This document shows positions 28,051 through 41,588 of a DNA stretch of 64,000 nucleotides, one piece after another. The position numbers were made by a program, and so were the translations under genes. Numbering within the stretch: the stretch's first letter is position 1; every line of letters begins with the position of its first letter. The notes beneath the pieces were generated by a model, which worked only from the letters and a program-made list of their open reading frames with translations, made no database searches and was not told the DNA's origin. The DNA is from Carcharhinus longimanus (taxonomy: Eukaryota). The stretch is from assembly GCA_030264375.1 (NCBI GenBank), contig JASCQW010000190.1, positions 104,154,047-104,218,046 of the forward strand. The letters run 5' to 3'.

Positions 28051-28376
28051 CAGCCAGCATAATTAAGGATCTCAAGCACCCGGATATTCTCTGTTCCACC
28101 TTCTTCTGTCGGGAAGAAGATACAAAAGTCTGAGGTGACGTACCAACTGACTCAAGAACAGCTTCTTCCCTGCTGCTGTCAGATGTTTCGAATTGGCCTA
28201 CCTTGCATTGAGTTGATCTTTCTCTACACCCGAGCTATGACTGTAACACTACATTCTGTACCCTCTCGTTTCCTTCTCTTTGAACGGCATGTTTTGTCCG
28301 TACAGCGCACAAGAAACAATACTTTTCACTGTATGCTAATACATGTGGCAATAATAAATCAAATCAAATCAAAATC
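28051..28376 (+). mobile_element. Rex1/Babar-type LINE 3' fragment
   Basis: ASIIKD.KHPDILCS/HLLLSGRRYKSL..LKNSFFPAAVR C-terminus; (AAATC)n tail. Confidence 0.8.
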
Positions 28377-29756
28377 ACGAGTACATCCCAGTATCAAGTA
28401 CTATAAACTCACCCTTTGAATGGCAATGTTATCGAGCAGATCCAACTGCTTCATTTCAGCATGCCTCCAGGATATGGGTTTTCCATTATTCAGTGAACTC
28501 ATTGAGCTTAGATAGAGTCAGATTTTGACTTTAATTAAATGAGCAGTGTTATTTGAAAGAGTTTGAGTGGCTGGCACCAATTGTCAATTCAGCTTTCCAT
28601 CATCAGTGCTGTAACTATGCAGAGTATTTTGAATAGCTGTGGCTGTTCCGTGGTAAAAAGGGTTAAAAATCAGGGGATTTGATTTCCACTGTTTTGTAAT
28701 CTTTGCATATCGAAATATCCAGCCTAAAAATAAATCTCATAAATCCAAATTCAAATCCAAAGTCTTACATGAAATTAGATTACTGGAAGATGCATTGGAA
28801 TACAAGAATTAAAATCTGAGATTAAAACAATAGATTGAAACATATACGAAAAAGAGAGTTAACACAATGTACACATTGGCAGATTGATAAGAATAAAACT
28901 CACAACCCAAGTTAGAATGCAAACCTTGATGAAACATGTTCCCAGGGATTGACTCTGACATGATAAAATTATCAAACTGCATTTGAGTAGGTAAGTATTA
29001 CATTACTATTTTTGTTCATTCATTTTGGTGACCAAAATGAACGGTTTGACAGTGATTCAGAGTATAATATTTTCTGCCTCATATCAGTACAAAGCTGCTT
29101 TGATCAGGTATGATGCAAATCAGCAGATCTTCGCTTTGCCCTGACAATGCAACCAAGTCTGACCCTAATCCCTCATGAGCAATCCCCACTGCACATGGTG
29201 ACATTTCAGATGTACTGAGGCAGCAGGTGATGTACAATTGATGACATACTAGATTATTACATTTTTGCCCATTATATCAAGGCTAAAGCGCAGTTCACAA
29301 TCCAGAGGTTAACTCTTAAAAATCCAGAGAGGGGATAGTTTGCTTGCAAAGAATGGGCCTTAGCCATGCCAATCTATCTATCACTTTATCACATCATCTC
29401 ACATTCCAATATGCATGATATATAAAATAACAGAAATGGGTTTCATTTTTCTAATTTTCACCATACTTCTAGGGGAGCTAGCTTGCACTGGTTCACAATT
29501 TCCTAATCATTCGACAACCCTATACAAGTAGCTAGTCTTTATCCATAAGCCTTGACAGTGAGAGGCAGCAAGCTGTTCAAAGCCTGGGGGAAGTGGTAAG
29601 GGGGGGGGGGGAATGTCACAGCTGAGCNNNNNNNNNNNNNNNNNNNNNNNNNNNNNNNNNNNNNNNNNNNNNNNNNNNNNNNNNNNNNNNNNNNNNNNNN
29701 NNNNNNNNNNNNNNNNNNNNNNNNNNNCCCCCCCCCCCCCCCCCCCCCCCCCCCCG

Positions 29757-29791
<35 letters not shown>

Positions 29792-31796
29792 AGGGCACCG
29801 CGGAGCCTAATCCACACACGCTCACTTGACAATTGAAGTTGATGCAGTAGTTCTGTTAACCTATTCCGCTAAGTCATGCTGAAATCATTCTTTAAGCATT
29901 GTACAGTTTTCTTTTCACCTATTTAGACTTGCATACCTCCAGCAAGCCTACAATTACCAGCCTGGAGTACAATCTAACATGAAATACTGATCGTGATACT
30001 GTAGCATAACAGTGTACTGCCTTCATACTCCAGTAATTACAAGGCTGAGAGTATCTGTACTGCACATCACTTAGCAATAAGATCCTTACCACAGATATGG
30101 AATTTGCTGTTCTTGATTTAATGATAGAATTTCCTACACACTGGCACTTCCCTGACCTTTTCACATCCACCCATTCAATATCCTGTCTATCTGTATCACC
30201 TATTATTGCTGCAGTTCTCTCACCATTGAGCATTCTAGCATTCAGCAGCTGTTGTGAGTTTCTATTATCTTGGCTGGACTGGCTCAGTATCAAGTACACA
30301 ACCTACTCCAGCTCTGCAATGTACCGCTAGTGCTGCAAAGGTTTCACATCGGTGACAAGGCCACCAGGAAGGGGTGGCCTCGTACCACTAGTTATGAAGG
30401 CTGTCAACATTCCAGGGTTGCCCTAGAGTCTCCAGGAGTTAAAGTTTAAACCCCTTGGGGACTACTGCGAGCACCACAAAATCATAGGAGAATTTAAAAG
30501 AAAATGGTCCTTTCCTTCCACTATTGTTGAACATTTTTATCCATTAGCTACAGAAATATTGGAGGTCAGGAAAAGAGGCCGGGGAGGAGGTAGCATTGGA
30601 TGTGGGACATCACATAATAAAACCTTCGGGAATGTTTCAGCTAAGATTGGCAATCCTATCAGTGAGACATTCCAATTAAGGACATGAGCTTGCAAAATGC
30701 CTGCAAAAACTTAATAAGGAGAAAGAAGACAATAGGTAATGATGGAAGTATTTGGGGTTGGGAAGAGTAAAGAAACTTTTGGTTGAAGGGTCAAGCTTTT
30801 AAGAAGCCCTTTAAATACTAAGAGAACTGGTAGAGGTGAAGGTTTAGAAGGGGATTTCCAGAAGGAAGATGGCTTGAAAGTTGTGGAGGTGAATAATAAG
30901 CCAGAGGTGACAAAGAGAGTGCACAATCTGAGGACATTACTTGGGTAAATATAAGGCAAGACCATGGAGGAATTTTAAAATGGCGCATTGAACTTTCAAA
31001 CTGATATGCTGAGAGGGAGTGTGCAACTGGACTATGGCAAGAATAAAGATAATGAAAGTGGGCCACTTAGCACAGAGGGTTAAAAGGTTTTAGAATTTCA
31101 GATTAGATGGCATTTGTGAGGAGTGGAGATGCAGAAGCTGGCGAGGAAAACATTCAAGACATTAATTCACAATGTGATGAATGTATACATTAGGATTACA
31201 ATGACAGAGGATGACAGATAGGGCATAAGTGTACTTAAGCTGCAAAAATGTATTCCATACAAAGAACTGGATGTAATGAAGAATTTGGCACAGAGTTTCT
31301 ATTTTTTGGACAAGTTAGCATCAATTTTTGGGTGATTTGCTTTTCAACATTCCATTTCGACTGATAGATGAAAAAAGCCTGACAGTTCTATCAGCTTTCA
31401 ATCATTATGAATTTCATCAGTGATCACAGGCCAGTAAGCAGCCATCCACGTGTGTGACCAAACAGACCCCTGCCTTCTTTTGCTTCAACAGGGGCGTAAG
31501 TGGTTCAATAAAACTTGTGATTCTTTGCTTGCATCACTTTTCAAATCATGGTCGTCTCTGCACCATTTGGCACTGTAATAATTAGCAAATTAAATTTCCT
31601 CTCATTCAGGATCGTGATATTACTGCCAAAGGCAAAATTATTTTCCACTTAGAATATAGTAATGAAAATGCTGCTTATCCCTGGAGTTAGGAGAAGGGAA
31701 AGGCAGCTAAAAAAAAAACTGCATTTGTGTCACCAAAGCTATCCCTTGTTTGGGTATGTTCCGTCACTGGCAGTAACAGAAACATAATCACACTTC

Positions 31797-31900
31797 CAGC
31801 TTTGACAAAGGGTCATCTGGACTCGAAACGTCAGCTCTTTTCTCTTCTAACAGATGCTGCCAGTCCTGCTGACATTTTCCAGCATTTTCTCTTTTGGTTT
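31797..31900 (+). mobile_element. Penelope pLTR-derived short element with decayed hammerhead motif
   Basis: agctTTGACAAagggtcatctggactcGAAACGTCagctc..acagatgctgccag. Confidence 0.75.
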
Positions 31901-32617
31901 ATAATCACATTTCTGCCCGAGATGAAAAAGAATTCTACATTCCCTGAGTTCAATTTCTGCCTTTTGCACAATCTTGACTTCAAGCATTCCATCATTGATG
32001 GCTTTGACTTCAGCTACTGAGGATTCTGTGCCCTAGAATTCCCTCACTGACTCCTGTCACATCTCTTTATTAGGATACACCTTATAAGGACCCCTGTGTC
32101 TGCTATATGACAAGAAATGGGGGAGCACAGTGTGTAGAGGGAAAGGAGGGAGAGGAAGAGTAAGTCCCAACCCACTGACAGTCTTCTACCTCGACTGTCA
32201 CAAGCAACAATGCCGGAAGCAGCTGTGATAAAAAAAAGGATGCAGTCACAGGATAGTACCACCTCCTTCAACAGGAACTGTGTTCTCAGAGCTGGGTGTT
32301 TCCAGTGGCTTCAAGGTCATTATCACCCTTAGCTTCTACGTGACCAGTGCCTTTGAGACAGGGGCAGATGACACCGCCAATATTTTCCAATTCTCCATCT
32401 GTTGCCGCATCTGAGAGGTTGAAAAGACATTGCACCCATCTTATGCTTGATTTGATGCTTGGTTTTAGCCAAAAGGCTGAGGCACACTCTTGGCCAGATG
32501 ATCGTGGTTTCATCGCTGCCAGCTAAACATCCGAGAAGTTCAGGAGGATCTACATACAAAGAGGAGCAAGTTCACTGTTTTCTCTGTAACCAGAGAGAAG
32601 CAGGATGGCCAGGCATT

Positions 32618-32715
32618 AGTTCTGATGAAGGGCCAACCTGACTCAAAACGTTGGCTCTATTCTCTCGACAGATGCTGTCAGAGTTACTGAGTTGCTCCAG
32701 CATTCTCTGTTTTTC
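32618..32715 (+). mobile_element. Penelope pLTR-derived short element with decayed hammerhead motif
   Basis: agttCTGATGAagggccaacctgactcAAAACGTTggctc..acagatgctgtcag. Confidence 0.75.
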
Positions 32716-32739
32716 TTGTGGTTGAGCATATTACTTCAT

Positions 32740-33080
32740 CAGGGTAGCAGGATTCCCAATGGTGCAGAATATAATTAACTGTATGCACATGGCTCTGTGG
32801 ATCCTGCATGTTAATAGGGAGATTTACAGGATACAAAGGATTCCACTTCATTAACCACGATTGGTGTTTGACAATCGCACACCATAATGACGGTGAATGC
32901 TATTTTTCTTGCAACGGCCATGATGCCTTCATTCTGAGGCAGTGCACTATTCCTGCTGCCTCCAGGCCACCATGAATTGACTTGAGGTTGGCTTCTCAGA
33001 GATAACACCCTATATACTGATGACCCTTCTCTTCTATCTGACCACTCCCAGACAAAGGAGGTAGAAAACAGGCCACCGAA
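32740..33080 (+). pseudogene. Degenerate PIF/Harbinger (HARBI1-like, DDE_Tnp_4) transposase fragment
   Basis: Frameshifted reading NREIYR..KGFH..LVFDN..TIMTVNAIF..GHDAFILRQ..GWLLRD matches the Harbinger core NRKGFHSLN..VCD..FPGSSHDAFIL..GWLLGD. Confidence 0.7.
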
Positions 33081-33445
33081 AATGCCACAGACAAGCACAT
33101 CAGCATTCTCAAGCCTTGGTTCCTCAGTGTCAGCCACTTGGCAGAAACCCTCTTTGTCTCCCAAGTTCTTGTTGGCCTGCTGCATCTCCCAGAACCACCA
33201 GGCATATGAAAGCCAACTCAAAAGAGCACAGAGGAAGAGGAAGAATCAGGGAAGGAGGCAGGCATCTGGACTGTCCAGGAGCACCTACTGAGATTCTGGT
33301 TTCCTTAGGATGCCATCCTTTCATCTGCGCTGTCCTCTCACAATCTCCCCTTAGCCAAAATCCAGCAACAAAAGCTGTCCAAATCTTTCCATAACAACCT
33401 GATCCAATAACACAACTGACTATACTAAAAACCTGAACTATAGTT

Positions 33446-33746
33446 AAAGTTTATTTATTAGTCACGAGTTGGCTTACATTAACACTGCAATGAAGTTACT
33501 GTGAAAATCCCCTATTCACCACACTCTGGTACCTGTTCAGGTACACTGAGGGAGAATTTAGTAAGGTCAATTCACCTAGCCTGCACATCTTTGGACTGTG
33601 GGAGGAAACCATAGCACTTGGAGGAAACCCACACAGTCACAGGGAGAATGTGCAAACTCCACACAGACAATGACCCAAGCTGGGAATTGAACCCAGGTCC
33701 CTGGCGCTGTGAGGCAGTAGTGCTAACCATGTGCCACCCTGTGCCC
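33446..33746 (-). mobile_element. V-SINE, tail B
   Basis: ttattagtcacgagttggcttacattaacactgcaatgaagttactgtgaaaatcccc..gctgtgaggcagtagtgctaacca. Confidence 0.92.
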
Positions 33747-34313
33747 ATGGCCTTGTTGGTTGGCCCATGAATAATTCTGGGCCTTGAGGGCTCAATTTCT
33801 GAATGCACAGTAGCTTAGTCAGAGGCAAAGGCAGTCGTAGAGGATGGCAGTGGGTGCAAAAACACTGTCATCCTAAGAGATGGCTCCATAGAGCCACTAT
33901 CATTCCCCCTGGTGCAGCATCTCACCAATCCTAGTAATCATCACTGGAATGCTGCATAAGCCCCTTTGTGCACTGAGATCAGCAGTCATGATGGCAGCAG
34001 ACTAAGCATGCGTGGCACCAAATATTAATCTCATGAGTTTTGTCTGACTTTCTATGAGGCACTGTGACGTTGAGCTTCATGATACTCAGGTCATGATATT
34101 CATGACCTGTGTCACGATACATGTTGAGAAAGATGCTGAAGCATGGTTGGGTGAACAAGTATTATCACCGGGCTGGTCACCATTTTCATGTTGGAAAAAA
34201 TGGTCTTGAATCATTGCACGATACCTTGCTCTATGTTGGAACCAGATTCCTCCAAGCTCCTGTACTGTGACAGGCTGTTTGGTAAGATAGTCAAGTTACC
34301 AAACATCTCAGTT

Positions 34314-34627
34314 CATACAATTTTACAGTGCAGAAGGAGGCCATTCAATCCATTACCGACCATAATCCCAGCCAGGCCCTATCCCCATAACCCCATGCAT
34401 TTACCCTAGCTAATCCCGCTGATACTAAGAGACAATTTAGCATGGCCAATCGACCAAACCCACACATCTTTGGACTATGGGAGGAAACCAGAGCATCTGG
34501 AGGAAAGCCACGCAGACATGAGGAGAATGTGCAAACTCCGCACAAACAGTGACCCAAGCCGGGAATTGAACCCGAGTCCCTGGTGCTGTGAGGCAGCAGT
34601 GCTGACCGCTCTGCCACCGCGCCGCCC
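34314..34627 (-). mobile_element. V-SINE, tail A, full length
   Basis: tacagtgcagaaggaggccattc..gctgtgaggcagcagtgctgaccgctctgccaccgcgccgccc. Confidence 0.92.
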
Positions 34628-35477
34628 GGTTGGTGAAAGAGAATAGTTTTAAGGAGTGCCTTAAGAGGAGGAGAGACTGGTAGAAGGGTTTCAAGGAATC
34701 TGCTTCAGAGCTTGGGGTTGCAGATTGTGGTGTGGTTAAAATCAAACTCAAGGGGCCAACATTGTAGAAGTGTAGAGACCTCGCGGGTTCTCCTGTGACT
34801 TTGACAGAATAATGCCAACACTGAGAGGGTTAAATTAAAAAGACAGGTTGGCTTTTACTGCCATAGGTTTAGCAGATTGAAGGGTGATTGGGTGGAGGAG
34901 TTCTGGATGCTATAAGGATTCGAATGATCCGAGAGAGAGGAACGATTTACTCTGGGAATGTTAGACCTCACTGTTCAGGCGGGAAATCAGGAAACACTTT
35001 CACACAAAGGATAATGGAATTGTGGAACTCTGTCTCTCCCAAAAGAGCTTTGGATTAATCGGACCGACTGGAGCTTTTGAGAGAGAGAGATTGAGAGCTT
35101 TGGAATTGTGTGGGGGAGTGGGGGATATGTAAAGACAATAACCTGGAAGGATAAATCACCCACCCTCCAGTGTCACCCTTACTCCTCACCGACACTTAAT
35201 GCAATTAGTAAAACATTTGTGATGAAGTTTAGCAACCTTTGCAAATTCTTTAATAAGAGCAAAATACTGGGAATTAGAGCTAAAAACTGTAAAATTTGAG
35301 CCAGGTTGGAGCAGCTCCCATACACTGACACTGTCTACTCGGCAAAGCAGCCAGCATAATTAAGGACCCCACGCACCCCGGACATTCTCTCTTCCGTCGG
35401 GGACAAGATACAAAATTCAGGATTGAGTCAGTCAGATCCCTCAAGTGTCACTGGGATAGCTCCTTTGAACAGTATGC

Positions 35478-35680
35478 AATGGAGGGAGCAAGCTATCCTA
35501 GATCTGGTCCTGTGTAGCGAGACAGGAATAATTAATGATCTTATAGTTAAGGATCCTCGCAGAAGAAGCGATCACAGTATGGTTGAATTTAAAATACAGA
35601 TGGAGAGCGAGAAGGTAAAATCCAATACCAGTGTCTGTGCTTAAACAAAGGAGACTACAAAGGGATGAGGGAGGGGTTGG
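35478..35680 (+). mobile_element. CR1 LINE endonuclease-domain fragment, preceded by a Rex1-type fragment at ~35320-35415
   Basis: REQAILDLVLCSETGIINDLIVKDP..SDHSMVEFKI is the APE endonuclease C-terminal SDH motif. Confidence 0.8.
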
Positions 35681-38600
35681 NNNNNNNNNNNNNNNNNNNN
35701 NNNNNNNNNNNNNNNNNNNNNNNNNNNNNNNNNNNNNNNNNNNNNNNNNNNNNNNNNNNNNNNNNNNNNNNNNNNNNNNNTCCCCCCCCGCCCCAGTCCA
35801 GACCCTCCCCCCTAGGCTGACAACCCTACCCGACTCAACCAACCCCAATATTGGCCTCCCTCCTTCTCCATCAATCCAGACAGCAGAATGGCAGCTAGAC
35901 CGCCCCCCCATCCCAACCGATTGCCTCACTAGGCCCTGTCCCCATCAGCTCCTGCCAGCCACAGGCCCTACCCCTTTGGCACAGCCAAGGTGCCTCCTGG
36001 GCATTGACACTTTGGCCCTTGGGAAGTGAGGGGGCCATGATTGCCCCCCTTACACTCCAGTGAGGTTGGGCTGCTTGTTCCCTGAAAATGGGCTACTATT
36101 GTAATCCCTGCTGGAGTGAACCACTTTGGTAGGGTGGGGGGATGCTAGCAGGCCTGAAGACTTCAGTTCTGAGTCCAGTAATGAAATTTAAATTATACTT
36201 AAATGACCATTTAAATGCACCTTGGCACCTCCCTACCAATTTCTGGCACGGAGTACTAGGGGATGTTATCAGGATGAGAACACATGAGCTAACCCCGCAA
36301 ATTGGCCAATGTGAGAATCTTCTATATTTTTTGAGTGATCCAAATAGCTCCTTGCGTAGCTTGGTGTCAAATTTTGTTTCATAACGTTCCCACAAAGCAC
36401 CATGGAAACATTTTACTATATTAACGGCATGGTATAAAGGCAAGTTGCTGTTGTTGATTCCTGTAGTAGGAATGTGCCTCAATGGGGTTGGACTGCAGCC
36501 AATTACGTCACAAGCAAAAAGAGTTAAGTGGTCCATTTGTCACATTAGTGCATTATCTTCCAGCTTCTTTGGAAATTTTTGTCTTCAGCCGGACTTCAAA
36601 GGGAGAGGATGGAAAGTTGCCTCGGGAGATATTACCATATTTCCACTTGCTGCTCCAGCTGCAATGAAGGATAACATTTGAATTTTTGTTGAACGAACGC
36701 TTGTCCATAGCTTTTATTTTCCTGTCGTAAATCCACCAAAGGGAAAATTGTGCTCAGAAGAAGGAACCCATCTTTTCTTACCTACTCTACTGCATACCTA
36801 CCTGTTTCTGTTGTGATAATGTTCAGGCTGCTTGTATGGGGACGTGAAGCTGGAAATCTCGCGGTTATTCAGGTGTGATGGGAGGAATGGTCGTGGGGCT
36901 AGTTACATTTCTGTCACTGCACGACTAGACTCCAGTGTGCCCCAGAAGTCTGTGACAGACAGGGCTGAGGTGACATGGTTCGGCNNNNNNNNNNNNNNNN
37001 TCTCCACCACCACCTTCAAACCCACTAGCAGGGGATCATTAAATGTAGCTCATTGAATACAGCCATCAGTGTTCAGTTCAGTATGGATTTGAACTTATTA
37101 ATTATCTCTTGCGCAGGAAGAAGACTGGAGAGCCTCCAGCATACTTTGACAAGGGACGGTGTCAAATCAAATATGATTTTAAAATTGCTCTATATGATTC
37201 CATTAAGAAAAACCACGGATTACACTCTTTTTTAAACAAATTCTAGGTACGTTGCAGAGAATCCTCTAAGGCATGCAACCATTCTGATGTTTCTGTTTCA
37301 GCTAAGGCTTTCAGATAAGCTATTTAAACCTTCTAAGAAACTGAAAGATTTACAGTTTGCAAAAGGCATTTTAAGCCTTAGAATTTCTCGTTTGTGGGTG
37401 ATCCAGGCACATCTGTTGGAAGGGGAAAAAGCTATTACTTACAAGCTTTTCAAATCCAAACGGTGAGGAAATTGAGGATTTTTCCCACCTGTAATGTGAC
37501 ATAATTATCATGAGCCTTTTAACTCCTCCATTCACATAGATGCATGTCAGACAAATCTATGAATACTTCACCTGCTAGCAGTCATCGATGGGCTATATAG
37601 GAGGAATTTCTGTGCACTAATTTTTAACATTTACTTTATTTACTACATTACAACAGTGATTGCATTGCAAATAAACTTAATTGCTTGTAAAATGCTTCAG
37701 AACATCCCAAACTTGTGTAAGGGATGATATACATATAAGCTCTGTCTTAAATGTGTAAAATATGCCAAGGCTAGGTGGAGAGTTGGCAGTTGGGGGGGGT
37801 GGGGGGTGGTTTCCTTTCACTTCCAATGAATGTTTCTCAGGTTTTATGCCTTTGCCCCTGCTGTTTGCCTCTGCAGAACATTTATCTCTGCTTTTATAAT
37901 GATTAAAGTTGATAATAAAGACTTAAAAGGGATCGCCATTCACGGTAGCCAAACCTGTTTCTTTCAGAGGAGAAAAGTCAAGAGGAACCATGTGGGCGAA
38001 GTTTCCTCAGGACAACTTCACCTGCAAACAGCGGGTGTTTGATGTCAAACAAAGGAGAAGAAAGTTCAAGCGACAGCTTTTCAGAATGACACGACCACTT
38101 CAAACAAAATGGAGGCATCAGGAGTTCAAACCTGTTCCACACAAGTTTTTGTTCTTCATTTTGAGAAAAGGAGATCATTAGGCCACGGTGCCTGCTGACT
38201 ACAATTGGAAAATCAATACATGCAGTAATCAACCATTTGTCTGCTCAGTGAAAGAAAACTGTTGTTTCTGAGCAGCTTATGCCTCAGCTGTTTTGCCCGA
38301 AGTAGTGAACGACTAACCACAGTTGCAGTGCTGATGTAAATGGGAGCCGTGGTTATACTGACCTGTTGTCTTGTGTGTGGGAAAAGCAGAGGTCCCCACA
38401 TTGTACCAGAATCTCAGACACACAGGAGCATCTGATTACTGGTTTTGAGTTGCCAGTGAGATTTATAATGATTGACAAGATATGTCAGTTCTTTTCATTA
38501 TGGTATAATAGTACAGTATGTCAAACCTTAGAAGAGTTGACTATTTGCCAGCTGTGACACATAACACAAAGAGTTGTATGGGATTCCATAGACATTACAG

Positions 38601-40019
38601 CACAGAAATCGGCTGTTCAACCCAACTAGTCCAAGTTGATGCTTATTCTTCACACAATCAGCTGTCCTCTTACCATGCTCCAGCTCTATTCCCCGTAACT
38701 TGCATTTCCTCTTTCTTCCATGCATCTATGTAACACATTCTGAAAAGCTGGTGCACTCTCTGCTGCGAGCACAACCTATTAAAATCTTCAGGTGAAAAAG
38801 ATTTCTTTTGTTCACTATTCCAAATCCCTTATATTTAATATTATGTTTATTTACTTTCAATCATTTGGAAACATTCTGACTGGAATTTTCACATCCTGTC
38901 TGCTGTGGGAATTGTAGCAGGGGGCAGGGGGGTGGGGGGGGGGGGGAGCGGGAGCGGTGGTGGTGTGGTGCTGGTGGACCATGCAANNNNNNNNNNNNNN
39001 NNNNNNNNNNNNNNNNNNNNNNNNNNNNNNNNNNNNNNNNNNNNNNNNNNNNNNNNNNNNNNNNNNNNNNNNNNNNNNNNNNNNNNGGGAGCGGTGGTGG
39101 TGTGATGCTGGTGGACCATGCAAAGATCTGTTGACCTCAGGTGAGATTTTCTCATTTTGGGGTGGGCATGGCCAGAAAATCCCACCTTCTGTTTCTGACT
39201 ACACTGTCTCACCTTTCATTTGGAACTACCCTTGCTGGTTTAGGCAATTCAAAATAAATGGCTTCATGCCTGAACTAACAGGGGAAAAAATTGATGTGAG
39301 TGTGTTACATGTTAGTACCTACTATGCCAGAGTAAAATTTCATATTTTTAAAAGACTCTTTGCATTGATAGCTTCAACCAAGAATACAGCAAAATCACTT
39401 GGTAACAATGGGCATTCAGTTCCTATCTATTGATTCACTGGGGCATGTTTCCTGTGCGTTTTGTCGAAAGACAAAAAAGCACCATTTTGAAAACAGCAAT
39501 GCAGAGTGACATGGCCATCCTCTGACAAAGAGATTGTTCATTTATTTTCCCAATACAGTGGTTAATTGCTGCAACTTGCTAAGCAGAAAACATATCATTT
39601 ACTGTGTATATGAAATGATAAAGAATGAATTACTGCAAGGAACTAGAGATTAAATGCATTGGATATAACAATCCAACAGTCACTTTAACCTCTCCTGACT
39701 GAAGCAGCTGAAATCACTGATGTACAGACCAAAGGGACCACGAATATCCCAAAGTTCTTAATGGAATTAGAATTTGATGCCAATCAACTTGTAATAGCCT
39801 GTGGGCTTTCAAGTCAGGTGAAGGTAAAAAAATACTGAGAGACTGGTGAAGATTATCTCTGATCCAGGGCTTTACTACATAACATCAATGTTTTAAATGA
39901 TTCACTTTCTAATTTTATTGTTATTGCTTTTTCATCCCTGTGATCTACCTCATCTTTCACAAAGCTGTGTCAAAACTAGTTCCAGTTTGGCATCTAGTTT
40001 GACATAAAAATCAAACCGT

Positions 40020-40370
40020 TTACTCCAGTGCAGGACTGAGAGAGTGCAGCATTTTCAGAAGTGCTGACTTTTGGATGAAGTGGCAAACTGAGGCCATACA
40101 CGCCTGCTTGAATGGATGTTAAAGATTCCATGGCATACTTTGAAGAAAAGCCAGGGAGTTATCTCTGCTGCCCTGGATGGTATTTATCCATCAATCGATA
40201 TTATAAAAACAGATTATCTGATTATTATCACATTGCTATTTTGTGGCAGTTTACTGTACAGAAAGTAGCCCCCGTGTTTCCTACATTACATCAGTGAATA
40301 CATCTCAAGTGGTTTTGAGGATCCGGTGGTCATGAAAAGTTCCAAATAGGTGTAAGGCTATTTTTTTTTC
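40020..40370 (+). mobile_element. DeuSINE/SacSINE1-like SINE; further decayed copies at ~1070-1220(-), 8460-8755(+), 48010-48190(-)
   Basis: Deu-domain-like ggatgttaaagattccatggcatactttgaagaaaagccagggagtt..atttatccatcaa; L2-like tail. Confidence 0.75.
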
Positions 40371-41280
40371 AACTTAGATGTCCAGTTATAGCAAAAATAG
40401 TGTAACAAAGGTTTTGGCCATTTGCTTGCTTCATGGACACTGATGTTAATTCCAACAGGGGACAAATCCCCACAATAAAACAGGCTGAACACAAGTCTTC
40501 AGTTATTTTGTTAGAATTACAAGTTTCTTACTTCTAAACAAATATATTTGCATCTTAATTTGTGCAGAAAATTAAAAATGAACAAGCCAAACTGATAGAG
40601 TGCCCAATTAATGTTGATTGAACCAGTCCCTCCCAAATATTGGCAGAGATATATATGTGACAATCAGTACATTTTCAAATTTGTAAACCAATTAGGGATA
40701 TTTTGGCAGATGCCATTGTAAATTAATTCTTCCCTGGGCAAAAGATTGATTCTAACCACTTTCTTGAATAGCTAAGATGCACCAACTCTTTATTCCCAAT
40801 GGTGCTGTCACTTTGCACTGCATCGCTACAGCAATAGCTACTGTAGTTTCATCTTTATGAGCTGCTTTTTATATTTTTGTTCCAAGTCTTTATTAAACCC
40901 AAGATAACAAACGAATCACTGATTCTAGACCTAACTGGTGACACCACTGACTCCACATTGCTTTGTTGAACATACTGTTGATTATGTTCCAAGTGAATCC
41001 ACTGAACAGCATTTCCGAATTATCTGATTCAATTTTCTTAAACAAAGCTTTTCACTTCAGGAAGGCAACTCTCCCATTCACACACTTGGGAATCTTGCAT
41101 TTGGTTATATTCTGAGTCTGAAGATACCCCGAGAGCAGAGTATGCATGAGCAGTTCCTCAAGTCTCTCATCACTGAAGCATCATGACTGCTTCAACCCAT
41201 CAGCAGAATCAGGCACCTACATTTCCCTGCTTTGTTCCTGGAACCCATATCTGTTTATCTTACATAGATTTTAATGTTTA

Positions 41281-41588
41281 AAAGTTCATTTATTGGTGTT
41301 AAAAGTAGGCTCACATTAACATTGCAGCGAAGTTACTGCGAAAATCCCCTAGCTGCCACGCTCCGGCCCTTGTTCGGGCACGCTGAGGGAGAATTCAGCA
41401 CGGCCAATGCATCAAACCAGCACATTTTTTTGGATTGTGGGGAGGAAATTGGAGCACCTGCAGAAAATTCAGGCAGACACAGGGAGAACGTGCAAGCTGC
41501 ACACAGATAGTGACCCAAGCTGGGAATTGGACCCGAGTCCCTGGCACTGTAAGGCAGCAGTGCTAATCACTGTGCCACCATGCCACCC
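41281..41588 (-). mobile_element. V-SINE, tail B
   Basis: Head, V-domain and tail B all recognisable. Confidence 0.9.

Noticed and set aside
28510-28580. Minus-strand TQTLSNNTAHLIK as the next PCDH19 exon ([20 protein letters not shown])
   Set aside because: Only AHLIK matches, with the wrong donor phase and no suitable acceptor. The true exon is probably left of the window or in a gap.
29728-29791. Poly-C tract giving poly-Pro/poly-Gly ORFs
   Set aside because: Homopolymer abutting a gap; length unreliable and not coding.
34087-34109. CAGGTCATGA-tat-TCATGACCTG palindrome as a nuclear-receptor element
   Set aside because: Half-site spacing of 9 does not match ERE/IR0-IR3, and it lies in probable decayed DNA-transposon sequence.
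38950-39123. 37-bp direct repeat flanking a 100-N gap
   Set aside because: Typical unmerged contig overlap (one mismatch, probably allelic); an assembly artefact.
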